The translations under genes and the position numbers were made by a program. The notes beneath the pieces were generated by a model. It searched no databases, was not told the origin of the DNA, and worked only from the letters and a program-made list of their open reading frames with translations. Positions 24,416 to 26,077 of a stretch of DNA of 26,077 nucleotides are shown here, piece after piece (positions within the stretch are counted from its first letter, which is position 1; every line of letters begins with the position of its first letter). The stretch comes from Planctomycetes bacterium RBG_13_46_10 (GTDB lineage: Bacteria > Planctomycetota > Phycisphaerae > Sedimentisphaerales > Anaerobacaceae): positions 8,645 to 34,721 of the forward strand of contig MHYD01000065.1 of assembly GCA_001824645.1 (NCBI GenBank), read 5' to 3'.

Positions 24416-25546
24416 CTAAAGCGATTTTTTAGCCACAATTGAAGTTTCGATGGAATTTACCCGGTTATCGAGGCCCAGACCTTTCTCTTTGGGTAGAACC
24501 GACTCCAACTCTCTAAGAACGTTAAGCATCTCTCCTGCATACAGGTAGTAGACTGCACCTTCTCGGGAGAGTAGTTCCGAGATTATACCGTCAGGACTTA
24601 CGCTACCCAGCAGCACCTCATGGGCAGAAAGAATCGCCGAGGTCAGGTTCGGATCGTTCGGGTCAGGATTAGCACTATAAGCGGCAATGAGACCACGTGT
24701 TGCAAATATCGTGTCTTCGGTGTAGCCGCTGATTTGTGTTTCGTCTGAATTGCCGTCGCCGTGATCAAATCGCCAATAAAAGCTACCTGTACCTGACTCC
24801 CCATCTGGTACCTGGTGACTTAACAAAAGGCCTGGTAGGTCTTTCAGCCTCTTCATATTCCAGTAAGGAGCGCCGGTACCAAAAGGATCGATAAGTGTAT
24901 CATCCAGTGGACCAGTTTTCGCCAGCGCCCACATGGCTATGCCCAACGTAGTTACAGGAAGGGCGCAAGAGTCATCTACATGGGAGAGCCAATTGATTAA
25001 TCCTTGTCGCCATATCTCCAAATCCTTCGCATTGACATAGTTTGCAGCAACGAGAAGATTTGCAAGGCTAATTACAATCTCAGATGGGTCACGTCCGGAG
25101 TGAATAGAAATATAACCATATGTCCCCCCGTCGAAGCCATACTTGATTTGGAAATAGAAGTAGCTTACTGCTGATCGCCAAACGTTATCGAGCGGGTCAT
25201 CTGCGATGGCACTTAAACGTGTGAATGCCAAGGATTCATCAGCATAGAAACTACCTTGAGCTGTCCTGAAAATATAATTACCACCCAGTTGCGCTGAATC
25301 CTTATAGGCGCTTTCGCCGGTCAGCTCGTAAGAATCGATCATTCCGGCAACGATTGAACCGGTGAAGGTGGCCTCTTCAGGCCAACTACCAATGTCAGCA
25401 CCATCTTTTATCTGCTCAGCTTCGAGTCTGTCCGCAATTGCCGTGATTGCACCATTAAGCGTCAACGCCAAGGCAGGATTTGCAAGAAATACCAAAATTA
25501 GCAGTGTGCTAATAGCTCCTAAAAAGACATGCGTGCTTTTCGTCAT
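24416..25546 (-). CDS. Secreted protein, probable alpha/alpha-barrel with QW-like motifs
   Basis: GGAGG Shine-Dalgarno before ATG 25546; signal peptide ending in PALA; LEAEQIKDG...GSW and LLSHQVPDG...GSF resemble prenyltransferase/squalene-cyclase repeats. Confidence 0.75.
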   Translation of the reverse strand: MTKSTHVFLGAISTLLILVFLANPALALTLNGAITAIADRLEAEQIKDGADIGSWPEEATFTGSIVAGMIDSYELTGESAYKDSAQLGGNYIFRTAQGSFYADESLAFTRLSAIADDPLDNVWRSAVSYFYFQIKYGFDGGTYGYISIHSGRDPSEIVISLANLLVAANYVNAKDLEIWRQGLINWLSHVDDSCALPVTTLGIAMWALAKTGPLDDTLIDPFGTGAPYWNMKRLKDLPGLLLSHQVPDGESGTGSFYWRFDHGDGNSDETQISGYTEDTIFATRGLIAAYSANPDPNDPNLTSAILSAHEVLLGSVSPDGIISELLSREGAVYYLYAGEMLNVLRELESVLPKEKGLGLDNRVNSIETSIVAKKSL

Positions 25547-26077
25547 AACCACTCCTCCAGATTTTCTTGGAAAGCCAAATCTTTCCTATCAAGCCATCTT
25601 GCCTAAAAGTTTGAACAACAATGGCCATACAATGGATCCTTCCCCAAAGTCTGTAATAGAATCGACTCCTTCAACAAACTCTGTTACGAACATCCTAATT
25701 GTGTCTGAACCTTAACAACACCTTTGATTACTATTCTATACAGTTATGGCAATGGCAGTCTATTGTGGTGACTACGTATATATACATTTAACCGCATTAT
25801 TAGGCTAAAAAAGGCGATATTTTTTGTAAAAAAAACCAAATTTTTTAAAATTCCCCCTTGACAATTGGAGAATGACAGACTTTTTTCAACAGCTTTTTGT
25901 AAGGTTTTGAGTTTTCATTCGCATAATACTTGCTTATCTCTCAAGGATCAGTATAAAGAGATTTCTGTTAGTTTTAATCCGAAGAAGAGTTTGTTTTTTT
26001 GTAAGCGTTCACGCGGAATTGTTTAGACCGCCTTCTGGATTTATTAACGATGGAACAGCAATATCGTTCAAATGACA

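Noticed and set aside
25589-25693. 34-aa minus-strand ORF (MFVTEFVEGV...) upstream of the secreted protein
   Set aside because: Weak ribosome-binding site and no motif; cannot be supported without homologs.
25858-25886. Plus-strand TTGACA as a divergent promoter
   Set aside because: No -10 hexamer at 16-18 nt spacing and no plus-strand gene in view.

Overview
The window is one minus-strand, Wzx/Wzy-type exopolysaccharide/capsule biosynthesis cluster. Its gene style suggests a Planctomycetota (Phycisphaerae-like) host, which is inference only. Transcription order, right to left: secreted QW-motif-like protein, small secreted Pro/Asn-rich protein, Wza with a long insert, Wzc, PHP-type phosphatase, O-antigen-ligase-family/TPR protein, four-helix-bundle gene (absent from the ORF track, no in-frame ATG), NusG paralog, WecA/MraY-like transferase, orphan antitoxin with its own promoter, WecB, Wzx fused in frame to a SAM methyltransferase, LamG relic, GT4, Wzy, nonsense-split methyltransferase, two GT4s, WecG/TagA, Cys-rich hypothetical protein, truncated FemAB-like gene, XrtA-type deacetylase, a degenerate copy of the deacetylase 3' end, and a 5'-truncated paralog of the Cys-rich gene. 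The most unusual signal is non-coding. Six phased 7-nt arrays (consensus TTAGCnn) lie between 13117 and 16195 in both orientations. They sit at gene boundaries and bracket the two small accessory genes as inverted pairs, and an 8-nt CGAG-core array is nested in one pair. The distal third of the cluster shows several independent signs of decay or remodelling.
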